This document shows positions 17,349 to 25,789 of a DNA stretch of 34,986 nt, one piece after another. A program made the translations under genes and the position numbers. Under the pieces are notes generated by a model. The model did not search any database. It saw nothing but the letters and a program-made list of their open reading frames with translations, and was not told the origin of the DNA. This DNA is from a bacterium (GTDB taxonomy: Bacteria > Latescibacterota > UBA2968 > UBA8231): NCBI GenBank assembly GCA_027593305.1, contig JAQCJA010000001.1, positions 1 to 34,986 on the forward strand, read 5' to 3'. How positions within the stretch are numbered: the first letter of the stretch is position 1; each line of letters begins with the position of its first letter.

Positions 17349-18118
17349 AAACGGCCAACAGCCGTCTCAAGCAACAGCAACGGCAGTTGCTGCTTTCAGC
17401 CAAGCAGGCAGCGATCGGCGAACTCGCCGGCGGGGTTGCCCACGAAGTGAACAACCCGTTGCAGATCATTCTGAGTCGGGTGCAGCTCATGGTGGCCCAG
17501 CAAACGCGCTCGGGGGAAGACAACCCGAAGTTGATGGACGGGTTGGCCCTGATTGAAAACAACGTCAAGCGGATCTCCCGCATCATCCGTGCCCTGCTCG
17601 GTTTCGCCAGCCACAACACGATCGAGGCAGCGGGGCAGCCCTTTGGTGTCGCCACGGCCTTCCACCAGGCCTGCGCCCTGACGAAACACCAGTTGGATCA
17701 GCAGATGATCAGCATTGACATCTGCATGGAGGACGGCTTGCCCGACGTGTTCGGTAACGTGGGGGAACTCGAACAGGTGTTCATCAATCTGCTGCTGAAT
17801 GCCGAGAACGCCATGGCCGGTGGGGGTGGACACCTCGCTGTCACTGCCCGACGCGAGGGTGACTGGCTCGAGATTCGTTTCCAGGATGACGGTCCGGGAA
17901 TTCCTGCTGAACACATGGATCGAATATTCGAGCCCTTCTTCACGACTCGCGCCGACAAGGGTGGTACGGGGCTTGGCCTGGCGGTCAGTTATCGCATCAT
18001 TGAAAACCACGGCGGCACGATAACCGTCGAAAGTGAGACAGGCGAGGGGGCCTGTTTCATCCTTCGCTTGCCCGTCCCCGTAGTCGAGGCCGTTCCGCCC
18101 AGCCCGAGTGAGTCATGA
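17282..18118 (+). CDS. sensor histidine kinase, C-terminal part (end of GAF, HisKA, HATPase_c)
   Basis: It begins with the missing last GAF helix (MLGVLANQAAAAMETSRLY). It then has a coiled coil, H-box ELAGGVAHEVNNPLQII, N-box LLLNAENAM, G1 FQDDGPGIP and G2 GGTGLGLAVS. This frame is open from 17168 and sits at -1 relative to the upstream piece. Confidence 0.85.
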   Translation: MLGVLANQAAAAMETSRLYTDVETANSRLKQQQRQLLLSAKQAAIGELAGGVAHEVNNPLQIILSRVQLMVAQQTRSGEDNPKLMDGLALIENNVKRISRIIRALLGFASHNTIEAAGQPFGVATAFHQACALTKHQLDQQMISIDICMEDGLPDVFGNVGELEQVFINLLLNAENAMAGGGGHLAVTARREGDWLEIRFQDDGPGIPAEHMDRIFEPFFTTRADKGGTGLGLAVSYRIIENHGGTITVESETGEGACFILRLPVPVVEAVPPSPSES

Positions 18119-18693
18119 GCCCAACGATCGGCGCGAGTCTGCAGGTTGTGTTCGTCGATGCACTTTTCCTGTGCCTGGCGGCGGGCCTGGCATTCTGGTT
18201 CCGAGCCTGGCTCAAAGAGCAACAGAAGGGGATGGACCAACGCCTCGACGGCCTTGAAGAACAGCAGCAGGCGCTGGCCCGGATCTGCGATCGATTGACA
18301 AATGCCTGCAAGAGCCTGGAACGGCCGTCGCCGGCAGTCGATGCGATCACCCGTTCGGCCCCGCGCCCCGAGCCGGCACCTGCCCCGTCGCGCCCGTTCG
18401 CGTCAGGGACGCCGGCATCAGCGGCTGCAACAGGCGGGCAAGGACGGCCACCTGTGGCCGCCGATGGTGGTCCTGGTGCCGGAGTTCCGGTGGTTCGCCG
18501 TCGCGTCGATACCCCCCTCGCTCGCGCCGATCGTCAATGGGAGGAACTCACCGATCGCAGCCGCGAGGCGTACCGTCGAGCTCGAGATCTTCTCGAACAG
18601 GGAGTACCACCGAACGACATCGCGCGCCAGGTCGGTCTTGGTGTGGCGGAGGTCAATGTGCTGAAGCGGATGCGGGACGCCGGGCGGCGTTAA
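18115..18693 (+). CDS. membrane-anchored protein with C-terminal HTH-like module (DUF2802-like, flagellar-locus associated)
   Basis: 192 aa. Its ATG overlaps the kinase stop (ATGA). Layout: N-terminal TM (VVFVDALFLCLAAGLAFWF), coiled coil, Pro/Ala-rich spacer, then the C-terminal LLEQGVPPNDIARQVGLGVAEVNVLKRM. The DUF2802 assignment is from memory of that family's architecture and has not been searched. Confidence 0.6.
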   Translation: MSPTIGASLQVVFVDALFLCLAAGLAFWFRAWLKEQQKGMDQRLDGLEEQQQALARICDRLTNACKSLERPSPAVDAITRSAPRPEPAPAPSRPFASGTPASAAATGGQGRPPVAADGGPGAGVPVVRRRVDTPLARADRQWEELTDRSREAYRRARDLLEQGVPPNDIARQVGLGVAEVNVLKRMRDAGRR

Positions 18694-18735
18694 CGAACTG
18701 GCGGGAACTGCGCGGCAGCCAGGAGTGGCGGCAGC

Positions 18736-19794
18736 CTATGTCAGCAAGCTGCTGATTTCGTCCAGAAGACGGTCTGTATCACTTTCGGTGCCGATCGAGA
18801 TCCGCAGGCAATCCAGCAATCGTGGGTTGTCGGGGAAGTAGCGGACGAGAATGCCGCGGTCCCGCAAGCCACTGTACATGCTGCCAGCATCGATGCCGCT
18901 GGCGACGCGGCAGAGGACAAAGTTGGCCGCCGAATCCCAGACGCGAAAGCCCAACAGGCGCAAAGCCTCCGTCAGACGTTCGCGGGTGGCGATGATCCGT
19001 GCGGCGTTGGTTCGCATCCAGTCGATGTCGTCGAGGGCGGCTTCAGCCGCAACCTGGCTCAGCGAATTGATGTTGTAGTGTTCCTTCACCTTCCACAGCC
19101 CGGCGATCACCTCGGGTGCGGCAACGCAGAAACCGATGCGCATGCCTGCCAGAGAGAACGACTTTGACAGTGTGCGCATGACGATGACATTGTCATGCCG
19201 TCGCACCAGATCCAGAGCGCCCTCAGTGGCAAAATCGACGTAGGCCTCATCGATTACGAGGATCCCGGAGATTTTTCCCGCCAACTCGGCAAGTGCCGTG
19301 CTGGACATGGCAGTTCCCGAAGGTGAGTTTGGGCTGGGCACGAAGGTCATGACGGCACCTGTCCGTGCCAGTTCTGCAGGGAGCCGGAAAGCATCATCGA
19401 ATTCGATGGTGACGGCGCGTGCCGCCTGCAGGTCGATGAGCTTGGCGTAGTAGGGGTAGCTGGGCGTGGCATAGGCGACCAGGTCTCCGGGTCCTGCAAA
19501 GCAGCGCACCGCCACATTGAGCAACTCATCGGAGCCATTGCCGATGACGAACTGCTCAACAGGGAGATCGAAGAGCGTGGACAGTCGCCGGCGTATCCCT
19601 GTTGCCCCTGCGTCCGGGTAACGGCGCAGGTGATCTCCCGTTGCGCCGCGGATCCGCGCCATGACCAGTGGCGAAGCAGGATACGGATTCTCGTTCGTGT
19701 TCAGTTTGATCGTACGGGCGTCACGCGGCTGCTCGCCAGGCAGATAACCTGTCATGCGTGCTATGTGAGGCAGAAATGAAGGCGGTCTGGCCAT
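18736..19794 (-). CDS. hisC: histidinol-phosphate aminotransferase
   Basis: 352 aa with MTGYLPGEQP, IKLNTNENPYP and the PLP-lysine motif TLSKSFSLAGMRIG. Class-II aminotransferase layout. Confidence 0.9.
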   Translation of the reverse strand: MARPPSFLPHIARMTGYLPGEQPRDARTIKLNTNENPYPASPLVMARIRGATGDHLRRYPDAGATGIRRRLSTLFDLPVEQFVIGNGSDELLNVAVRCFAGPGDLVAYATPSYPYYAKLIDLQAARAVTIEFDDAFRLPAELARTGAVMTFVPSPNSPSGTAMSSTALAELAGKISGILVIDEAYVDFATEGALDLVRRHDNVIVMRTLSKSFSLAGMRIGFCVAAPEVIAGLWKVKEHYNINSLSQVAAEAALDDIDWMRTNAARIIATRERLTEALRLLGFRVWDSAANFVLCRVASGIDAGSMYSGLRDRGILVRYFPDNPRLLDCLRISIGTESDTDRLLDEISSLLT

Positions 19795-19815
19795 GGTGCG
19801 TGGGTCCCCGGATCG

Positions 19816-20172
19816 GTGTCAGCGCAAGAGCTTCGAACATACCTGACCGGCTCGTTTGATGTCAACGATGGGACAGGCCCGATGCTGGAGGAATCTGCTG
19901 TGCTTCTGACGCTCACGGCGCGTGAACTCCGGTTGATCCTCGGCTGGCGCGAGACGGGCGCGTTCTTCCCGGATGAGGATCGTGTTCTGCGCAAGCTGCG
20001 TCGGGCGCTCGAAGACAGTAGGGTGCCGTCGTTGAGCCGTCTGCAGATACAGATCGTCCATGGATGGGCCGAGGAAGCCCTCAGCGGACCATATGGTGGC
20101 GGAGAAGTGACGAATCCTGACGAGGCCGGGGTGCTGCACAAGGTGCGGGAGGCTCTCGGCTACAACGACTGA
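19816..20172 (+). CDS. hypothetical protein with two tandem ~45-aa repeats
   Basis: 118 aa with a GTG start; an ATG at codon 23 is an alternative. Internal repeat: ELRLILGWRE..PDEDRVLRKLRRALE versus QIQIVHGWAEE..PDEAGVLHKVREALG. This protein-level repeat favours the plus strand over the equal-length mirror ORF at 19819..20175. Confidence 0.55.
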   Translation: MSAQELRTYLTGSFDVNDGTGPMLEESAVLLTLTARELRLILGWRETGAFFPDEDRVLRKLRRALEDSRVPSLSRLQIQIVHGWAEEALSGPYGGGEVTNPDEAGVLHKVREALGYND

Positions 20173-20207
20173 CACGCCGAGATCACGGGATCGCCCTTCG
20201 CAGGCCC

Positions 20208-22466
20208 CTACGGCAACGCGTCGGTTACTGATTCATCCACGCGCTGTACGACCGTCACGCCCTCTACCCCCTCAAGTTTCTTCACCAACCCGTGCAGTTG
20301 TCGCGTGTTGACCACGTCGATCCAGAAGGTCTCCTCGACGAGATGGGCGGCGGTGCGAGTCGTGCACCCGACGATGTTGGCCCCGGTGTCGGAGATGATG
20401 CGGGTAACATCTGAGAGGAAGAATTTGCGGTCATTGCCGGAGACTCTCAGACGGATGGTGAAGGACTGTTCCTCCTCCAGATCCCATGCGACGGCTGTCA
20501 TACGCTCCGGATCTTCGGACAGATCGCCGATATTGGGGCAATCCGTTCGGTGCACGGACAGGCCACGCCCACGCGTGATCAGGCCTATGATCGAGTCCCC
20601 CGGTATGGGTGAACAGCATTTGCCGAACTGAATCATCATATCGTGCATTCCCTGAATGCGAATGCCGCGGCGATCGCGCAGCAGGGGGGGGGTGCGACGC
20701 TTCGGCTGATCCGGCATAAGGCGATTGATGATGCGACTGACCGATAGATCGCCGGAGCCGATGCCAGCGTAGAGGTGCTCAAGGTCGGCCAACTCCAACT
20801 CGGTTGCCAGCCCGGTGAGCGCATCCGGTCCCAGGCGATGGCGGTAGCGCTTGAGCTCACGCTCGAGGATTTCCTGGCCGAGACGGACGCTTTGCGCGAA
20901 GCGCTCCTCCTTCAGCCAGCGACGGATCGCCTGTCGCGCCTTGGCCGTCTTTACCAGTTCAAGCCAGGTCTGACTCGGCTTCTGGTGTGGTGACGTGATG
21001 ATGGTCACCGTATCGCCACTGTCGAGGGCCGCACTGAGTGGTACGATCTGACCGTTTACCTTCGCCGTCAGGCAATGCAGGCCGATGTCGGTGTGGATGG
21101 CGAAGGCGAAGTCAATCGGCGAGGCCGACTTGGGCAACTGATGCAGATCCCCCTTGGGGGTGAATACGAAGATCTCATCCTGGAACAGTTCGATCTTCAG
21201 ATTTTCCATGAACTCCACCGGGTCGGTGGAGTCGCGCTGCCAGTCCAGCACCTGGCGCAGCCAGGCCATCTGCTGATCGAGGTCACCACGCCCGTCGGCT
21301 CCGCCCTTGTAGCGCCAGTGGGCGGCGATGCCGATTTCCGCTGTGTGGTGCATGTCCCATGTGCGAATCTGCACCTCCACCGGCATGCCTCGCGGGCCAA
21401 TGACCGTTGTGTGCAGGGATTGGTACATATTCGTCTTTGGCGTGGCGATGTAGTCCTTGAAACGGTCCGGATGCGGCCGGTACAACGTGTGCACCAGACC
21501 CAGCGTGTGGTAGCACTCACGGACCGTACCAACAATGATGCGCACAGCTGTCAGGTCGAAGATTTCCTCAAAGGGCTTCTTACGAGCCCGCATCTTGTTG
21601 TAGATGCTGTAGAAATTCTTCGGGCGGCCCGTGATTTCGGCGCTGATATCGTTGCGGCCCAGTTCCACTGCCAGGGGGTTCTTGAAGGCGTCGATCAGGG
21701 CCTCCCGCTCTTCGCGGCGCATGGCAACCTTGTCACGGATCTCGCAGTACTGGTCGGGTGCGAGGAATTTCAGCGCGCGGTCTTCCAGTTCCCACCGAAT
21801 CCGGGCCACACCGAGTCGATGTGCCAGTGGTGCGTATACCTCGACGGTCTCGTGGGCGATGCGCTGCTGCTGATCTGCATCCAGAGCGTCGAGAGTACGC
21901 ATGTTATGCAGGCGGTCGGCGAACTTCACGAGGATCACGCGGATGTCCTCGACCATGGACAGCAGCATCTTGCGATAGGTCTCGGCCTGCCGCGCCTCGC
22001 GACTCTCAAACTGGAAACGTTCGATCTTCGTCACGCCGTCGACGAGGCCGGCGATCTTGGGGCCGAATTCGGCGGCGATGCGCTCCAGAGTAACGGACGT
22101 GTCTTCCAGAACATCGTGCAGCAGGCCCGCTGCGACCGTTGTGGAATCGAGGCGTAACTGGGCGAGAATCCGCGCGACCTCAACGCTGTGCTGCAGGAAG
22201 GGCTCTCCCGACTTGCGGATCTGCCCGTCGTGGGCGACCTGGGCAAAATGGTAGGCCCGAGCGATGAGATCGTAGTCGGCGGACTCGCTGCTGGAAGCGA
22301 CCTCGATCAGGAGCATCTGCAGCAGCAGGTGATTTCGCGCGGCCTCGAGATGCGCATCGAGATCCGGACGCGCCGATGCATCAGCGTGGATGCTGGCGAT
22401 GGCCTCCACGGGCAGGGAGTTGTCGAGCGCGACGTCGACGATGCTGGCAGGCAGGGGTTCGTTCAT
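20208..22466 (-). CDS. rel: bifunctional (p)ppGpp synthetase/hydrolase (RelA/SpoT homologue)
   Basis: HD hydrolase motifs (HDGQIRKSGEPFLQHSVEVA, LLHDVLEDT). Synthetase motifs (DYIATPKTNMYQSLHTTV, VEVQIRTWDMHHTAEIGIAAHWRYK). TGS and C-terminal ACT-like regions are present. The track start is a TTG at 22487; ATG 22466 (MNEPLPAS) is more likely. Confidence 0.9.
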   Translation of the reverse strand: MNEPLPASIVDVALDNSLPVEAIASIHADASARPDLDAHLEAARNHLLLQMLLIEVASSSESADYDLIARAYHFAQVAHDGQIRKSGEPFLQHSVEVARILAQLRLDSTTVAAGLLHDVLEDTSVTLERIAAEFGPKIAGLVDGVTKIERFQFESREARQAETYRKMLLSMVEDIRVILVKFADRLHNMRTLDALDADQQQRIAHETVEVYAPLAHRLGVARIRWELEDRALKFLAPDQYCEIRDKVAMRREEREALIDAFKNPLAVELGRNDISAEITGRPKNFYSIYNKMRARKKPFEEIFDLTAVRIIVGTVRECYHTLGLVHTLYRPHPDRFKDYIATPKTNMYQSLHTTVIGPRGMPVEVQIRTWDMHHTAEIGIAAHWRYKGGADGRGDLDQQMAWLRQVLDWQRDSTDPVEFMENLKIELFQDEIFVFTPKGDLHQLPKSASPIDFAFAIHTDIGLHCLTAKVNGQIVPLSAALDSGDTVTIITSPHQKPSQTWLELVKTAKARQAIRRWLKEERFAQSVRLGQEILERELKRYRHRLGPDALTGLATELELADLEHLYAGIGSGDLSVSRIINRLMPDQPKRRTPPLLRDRRGIRIQGMHDMMIQFGKCCSPIPGDSIIGLITRGRGLSVHRTDCPNIGDLSEDPERMTAVAWDLEEEQSFTIRLRVSGNDRKFFLSDVTRIISDTGANIVGCTTRTAAHLVEETFWIDVVNTRQLHGLVKKLEGVEGVTVVQRVDESVTDALP

Positions 22467-22485
22467 GGTTTCCGCAATTGTGCTC

Positions 22486-22513
22486 AATATACAAAACCCA
22501 CTGCCACCATCAA
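22486..22513 (-). promoter_or_regulatory. putative sigma-70 promoter of rel
   Basis: On the minus strand: TTGATG (22513..22508), 16-nt spacer, TATATT (22491..22486), about 20 nt upstream of ATG 22466. It lies in one of the few AT-rich intergenic patches. Confidence 0.3.
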
Positions 22514-22552
22514 ACGACCCGACGCAGAGCTTAGGTCAAGCCGGACAGGGGG

Positions 22553-24223
22553 TTAGGGCGTCGCTGGCGGGATCCGGTAGACCCAGATCGTGTGACCGAT
22601 GCGGGCGACAGGTTGATAGGGGTTCAGCCAGTCGTACAGACCCTTGCCGTGTCCGTACATATCCATGTAGACACCGACTCGATTGGTTACCGATACGGCG
22701 ATCCATCCCGTCGTTGGCAGTTCGATGGATTTGATGCCCTCATCAGGCAGCAGGTAGCTCGGCAACCATTCGTAGTTCAGATGGTACAGGGCCGGGTCCA
22801 CGGACCCGAAGTAGCTCAGCTTGATTCGCGGGACGCCCTGCTCATCCATCCAGGCTTTGAGCCCCTTGAGGTCCTGCCCCCAGTCGAGATTTGAATCGAC
22901 AAGGACTCGGTGCCCACCGTCGGGCCCACCAGCGGCCTCATTGAAGTACGCCAGATGGTCGGGGTGAATACGCGCCGTCGTCAGCAGCAAGGCCGCACCG
23001 AGACCGAGCAGGGCGTGACGGCGCCAGCGATGGGCACTGGACCATGAACACCGAATCGAGGCGCCGGTGACGACGAAGAGAAACGGGTAAACGGGCAACA
23101 GATAGCGAAGGCCAATGGCTTTGCCCTGTGACAGGACAAAGGCAAGAAAGAAAACCGCAGGTGGCAGCAGCAGCATACCGTGATCCCAAAGGCGCGCACG
23201 ATCACGAAGCAGGGCGATGATGCCCCACAGCCCGAGAATCAGTGACGGCACGGGAGTCTTGACCAGGAAGGCAATGGGGAAGTAGTACCACCAGCCTTGT
23301 GAAGAGTACTGGCCGAGGAGATAGGCCTCATGCCCGAAGGACAGATCCCAAAGCTGCGAACTGATGACCGTCCAGTACGGTATCACCCGAAACCCATAGG
23401 CGGTCCACACAACGGTCGCAGCCGTCAGCACGAGTCCCGCCCCTGCCAGGGCAGCGCCAAGCCATGGCCTGATACCGAGCCCGCCCCAGCGCTCAAAGAT
23501 GCTGCGGGTCTCAAAGGGTGCGAGCCACACCGTCCAGCCCAACAGCACCGCCGTTGTTGGCAGCCAGACCAGCGCCGAGAGTTTGCTGGCCAACGCCAGT
23601 CCGCCGAGAGCGCCAGCCAGCAGCAGTCGCCGGATGTCAGGGCGCAGAAGGAAGCAACGCAACCCATAGAAGGCGGAGAAGTACGTGGCGGCCAGTACGA
23701 AGTCGGTTGTGGCCAGGGATGCGTGGGCCAGCAGATTGGGCGACAGGCAAGCGGTGCCAAGAGCGACCGTCGCCCCAACGACGCCGTACAGATCGCTGGC
23801 CCATCGCCACAGGCACAAAAGCAGAGCAGCCGCCGAGAACACGGAGGTCATTCGGCACAGCCACAGCAGCATCTCGCCATCGTACCGCGGATCCATGAGG
23901 ATCGCATTGCCACGATCCACGTCAGCTGAACGCACGAAGGACAGATCCGGACGGGTATGGTCAGGGTAGGACCAGAAGTCCTCGACGAGGCTGTATGCGG
24001 GGCGCAGAAAGGGCAGCCCCTGGAGGTAGTAGGCCAGGGGCGGGTGCGAGCCGGCGCCGGGGACATCCCAACGGCCGTGATCGAGCAGGTAGGGTCCCAG
24101 GCCAAGGTACCCTGGTTCATCCCATGTGGGGGACTTCACCCAGGCCGTGTGGGCCAGCAGTCCGAGAAATACGACCGGCAGTGCCAGTCGCAGCCATGTC
24201 AGGGGGAGCAAAGGCCTCAACAA
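22553..24223 (-). CDS. GT-C fold glycosyltransferase (family 39/83, ArnT/PMT-like, polyprenyl-phosphate-sugar dependent)
   Basis: 556 aa. The first periplasmic loop carries the TWDEPGY acidic motif (DE). There are many TM helices and a C-terminal soluble domain (DSNLDWGQDLKGLKAWMDEQG). TTG start, 4 nt after the upstream small ORF. Confidence 0.8.
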   Translation of the reverse strand: MLRPLLPLTWLRLALPVVFLGLLAHTAWVKSPTWDEPGYLGLGPYLLDHGRWDVPGAGSHPPLAYYLQGLPFLRPAYSLVEDFWSYPDHTRPDLSFVRSADVDRGNAILMDPRYDGEMLLWLCRMTSVFSAAALLLCLWRWASDLYGVVGATVALGTACLSPNLLAHASLATTDFVLAATYFSAFYGLRCFLLRPDIRRLLLAGALGGLALASKLSALVWLPTTAVLLGWTVWLAPFETRSIFERWGGLGIRPWLGAALAGAGLVLTAATVVWTAYGFRVIPYWTVISSQLWDLSFGHEAYLLGQYSSQGWWYYFPIAFLVKTPVPSLILGLWGIIALLRDRARLWDHGMLLLPPAVFFLAFVLSQGKAIGLRYLLPVYPFLFVVTGASIRCSWSSAHRWRRHALLGLGAALLLTTARIHPDHLAYFNEAAGGPDGGHRVLVDSNLDWGQDLKGLKAWMDEQGVPRIKLSYFGSVDPALYHLNYEWLPSYLLPDEGIKSIELPTTGWIAVSVTNRVGVYMDMYGHGKGLYDWLNPYQPVARIGHTIWVYRIPPATP

Positions 24224-24227
24224 CGGT

Positions 24228-24548
24228 CTACGCGGCGGCCAGATCGTCGTCTTCGAGCTCGCTCAGCGGAAACTCCGGTTCCGGCACTTCGAGGCCCTGC
24301 TCTTTCAGTCGCGGCCCCAGGGACTTAATATCCTGACGCAGCCGACGAATGCCCTGGGTGAGACTTGTCTGACTGCTCTTCAACTCCAACTCCTGCTCGT
24401 CAAGCCGGTCGCCCTCGGAGCGCACATCCCGAAGTGCCATATTCTTGATGGAGATGGCCTGCTTCATGCGCAGGATCTTGCTGGAGCAAAGATACTGGAC
24501 CATCAGGGCCCCACAGATGCATAAGACAGTGATGATCCACCAGTACAT
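24228..24548 (-). CDS. small membrane-anchored coiled-coil protein (hypothetical)
   Basis: 106 aa. N-terminal TM (YWWIITVLCICGALMVQYL), then a heptad-like charged helix and an acidic tail (ELEDDDLAAA). It is tightly coupled to the GT39-like gene. Confidence 0.6.
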   Translation of the reverse strand: MYWWIITVLCICGALMVQYLCSSKILRMKQAISIKNMALRDVRSEGDRLDEQELELKSSQTSLTQGIRRLRQDIKSLGPRLKEQGLEVPEPEFPLSELEDDDLAAA

Positions 24549-24659
24549 GTCGCTGTGTCCGGTCGAGTGGGGATGCGGTTACGTCATATCCGACAACAAC
24601 ATACGTGTCTTTTGTCCGCTTTCGTGACAGTCTATGCACGTGACCAAGAGGTGTCAAGC

Positions 24660-25058
24660 TTGATCGCCGGGAACGTGTCACGACCGTGGCCTGAGGCGCC
24701 GACCATCGGTGACGTCATACTGATCGTTGCAGCCCTTGCAGCGGCGGTGATGCTGGCTTTTGGCGGCACAAATGCGGCCGCGCCCCAGCGGGCCCTCGTC
24801 GATGTGGACGGCCAGATCCTGCACGACGTCGCCCTCGATGGTGAACAGACGCTTGTCGTTACCGGCCCTCTTGGCACAAGTGTGATCCTGATAAGGGATG
24901 GCCAGGCTCGAATTGCGTCGGCGCCTTGCTCCGGGCAGTTCTGCGTCGCCCGCGGATGGCTTCGCAAGAGCGGGGACATCGCCGCATGCGTGCCAAATCG
25001 GACGGTGCTGCGTCTGACGGGCGGCGCGCCCCGCATCCTCGACGGCGTCACCCGGTAA
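24660..25058 (+). CDS. NusG domain II-containing protein (DUF1312-like)
   Basis: TM anchor (VILIVAALAAAVMLAF), then LVDVDGQILHDVALDG..LVVTGPLGTSVILIRDGQARIASAPCSGQFCV..GDIAACVPNRTVLRL. The start is chosen at TTG 24660 because AAGAGG lies 8 nt upstream. The track start at 24555 and GTG 24675 are alternatives. Confidence 0.7.
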   Translation: MIAGNVSRPWPEAPTIGDVILIVAALAAAVMLAFGGTNAAAPQRALVDVDGQILHDVALDGEQTLVVTGPLGTSVILIRDGQARIASAPCSGQFCVARGWLRKSGDIAACVPNRTVLRLTGGAPRILDGVTR

Positions 25059-25066
25059 CCGTGCAG

Positions 25067-25579
25067 ATGCGGTACAGCCACAGGTTGACCCGCCTGGCAT
25101 TGCTCACTGCCATCGCACTGGTACTGTTTCTGGTGGAGGCGTCTCTGCCGCGACCATTGCCGTGGATGCGTCTGGGGTTGAGCAATGCAGCAGTACTGGC
25201 GGCGCTGTTGCTGTTCGGCGCAGGGCCGGCCGTGGCCGTCAGCCTCGCGAAACTCTCTCTCGGCGGGCTTCTGGGAGGCGGTCTGGCAGGTCCGGCCTTC
25301 GTCATCGGTGGATCGGCCAGCCTGGCAAGTGTTGTCACCATGGCTTTGCTGCACCGCCTGCTTCCCAGGGCCTTCAGTCCCGTTGGGCTGAGCGTCGCCG
25401 GGGCTCTGGCGCATCAGAGCACGCAACTGACGGTGGCTGCCATCTACCTGGGGCACATTGCATTGTTCGCTCTGCTGCCGGTATTTCTGATAAGCGGCGT
25501 GCTGACCGGACTGCTCACCGGGCTGATAACCTACTTTGCCCTGCAGCGCTTGGACAAAATTGACGGGCACGGCGCTTGA
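25067..25579 (+). CDS. Gx transporter family protein (Hpre_diP_synt_I-like membrane protein)
   Basis: Hydrophobic 170-aa protein (RLALLTAIALVLFLVEASLPRPLPWMRLGLSNAAVL.., GLSVAGALAHQSTQL). ATG 25067 (or GTG 25061) follows the NusG-II stop directly. This pairing is a commonly seen gene couple. Confidence 0.7.
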   Translation: MRYSHRLTRLALLTAIALVLFLVEASLPRPLPWMRLGLSNAAVLAALLLFGAGPAVAVSLAKLSLGGLLGGGLAGPAFVIGGSASLASVVTMALLHRLLPRAFSPVGLSVAGALAHQSTQLTVAAIYLGHIALFALLPVFLISGVLTGLLTGLITYFALQRLDKIDGHGA

Positions 25580-25789
25580 CCTGAAGCTGGATCGCACCTT
25601 TCCTTGAACGAGCATGCAGCAGTTTTCCGCGGTGACTTCCGTCGCCCGAGGCCACAGTTGCTTGAACAGACAGTATCTGGTCCAGATGTTCCTCCATCGA
25701 TGCGCCTGCTGGCGGTCCGTGCTGGTTTCCGATCGCGGGCGGGTGTCCATCGTTTGTTATTACACCGGCATGACTGAAAACTGAGTGTT

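Noticed and set aside
18712-18736. 9-nt direct repeat GCGGCAGCC ... GCGGCAGCC between the DUF2802-like gene and hisC
   Set aside because: It is too short and GC-biased to be meaningful. It forms no hairpin and has no further copies.
19819-20175. 118-aa minus-strand ORF that would sit neatly between rel and hisC
   Set aside because: It is the mirror image of the plus-strand ORF in the same register. It has only a GTG start with no nearby Shine-Dalgarno and no internal structure, whereas the plus-strand product has a two-fold repeat. I keep it as an open question in the findings.
22467-22487. TTG start extending rel by 7 codons
   Set aside because: The TTG lies inside the AT-rich TATATT promoter-like element. 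ATG 22466 is the more conventional start.
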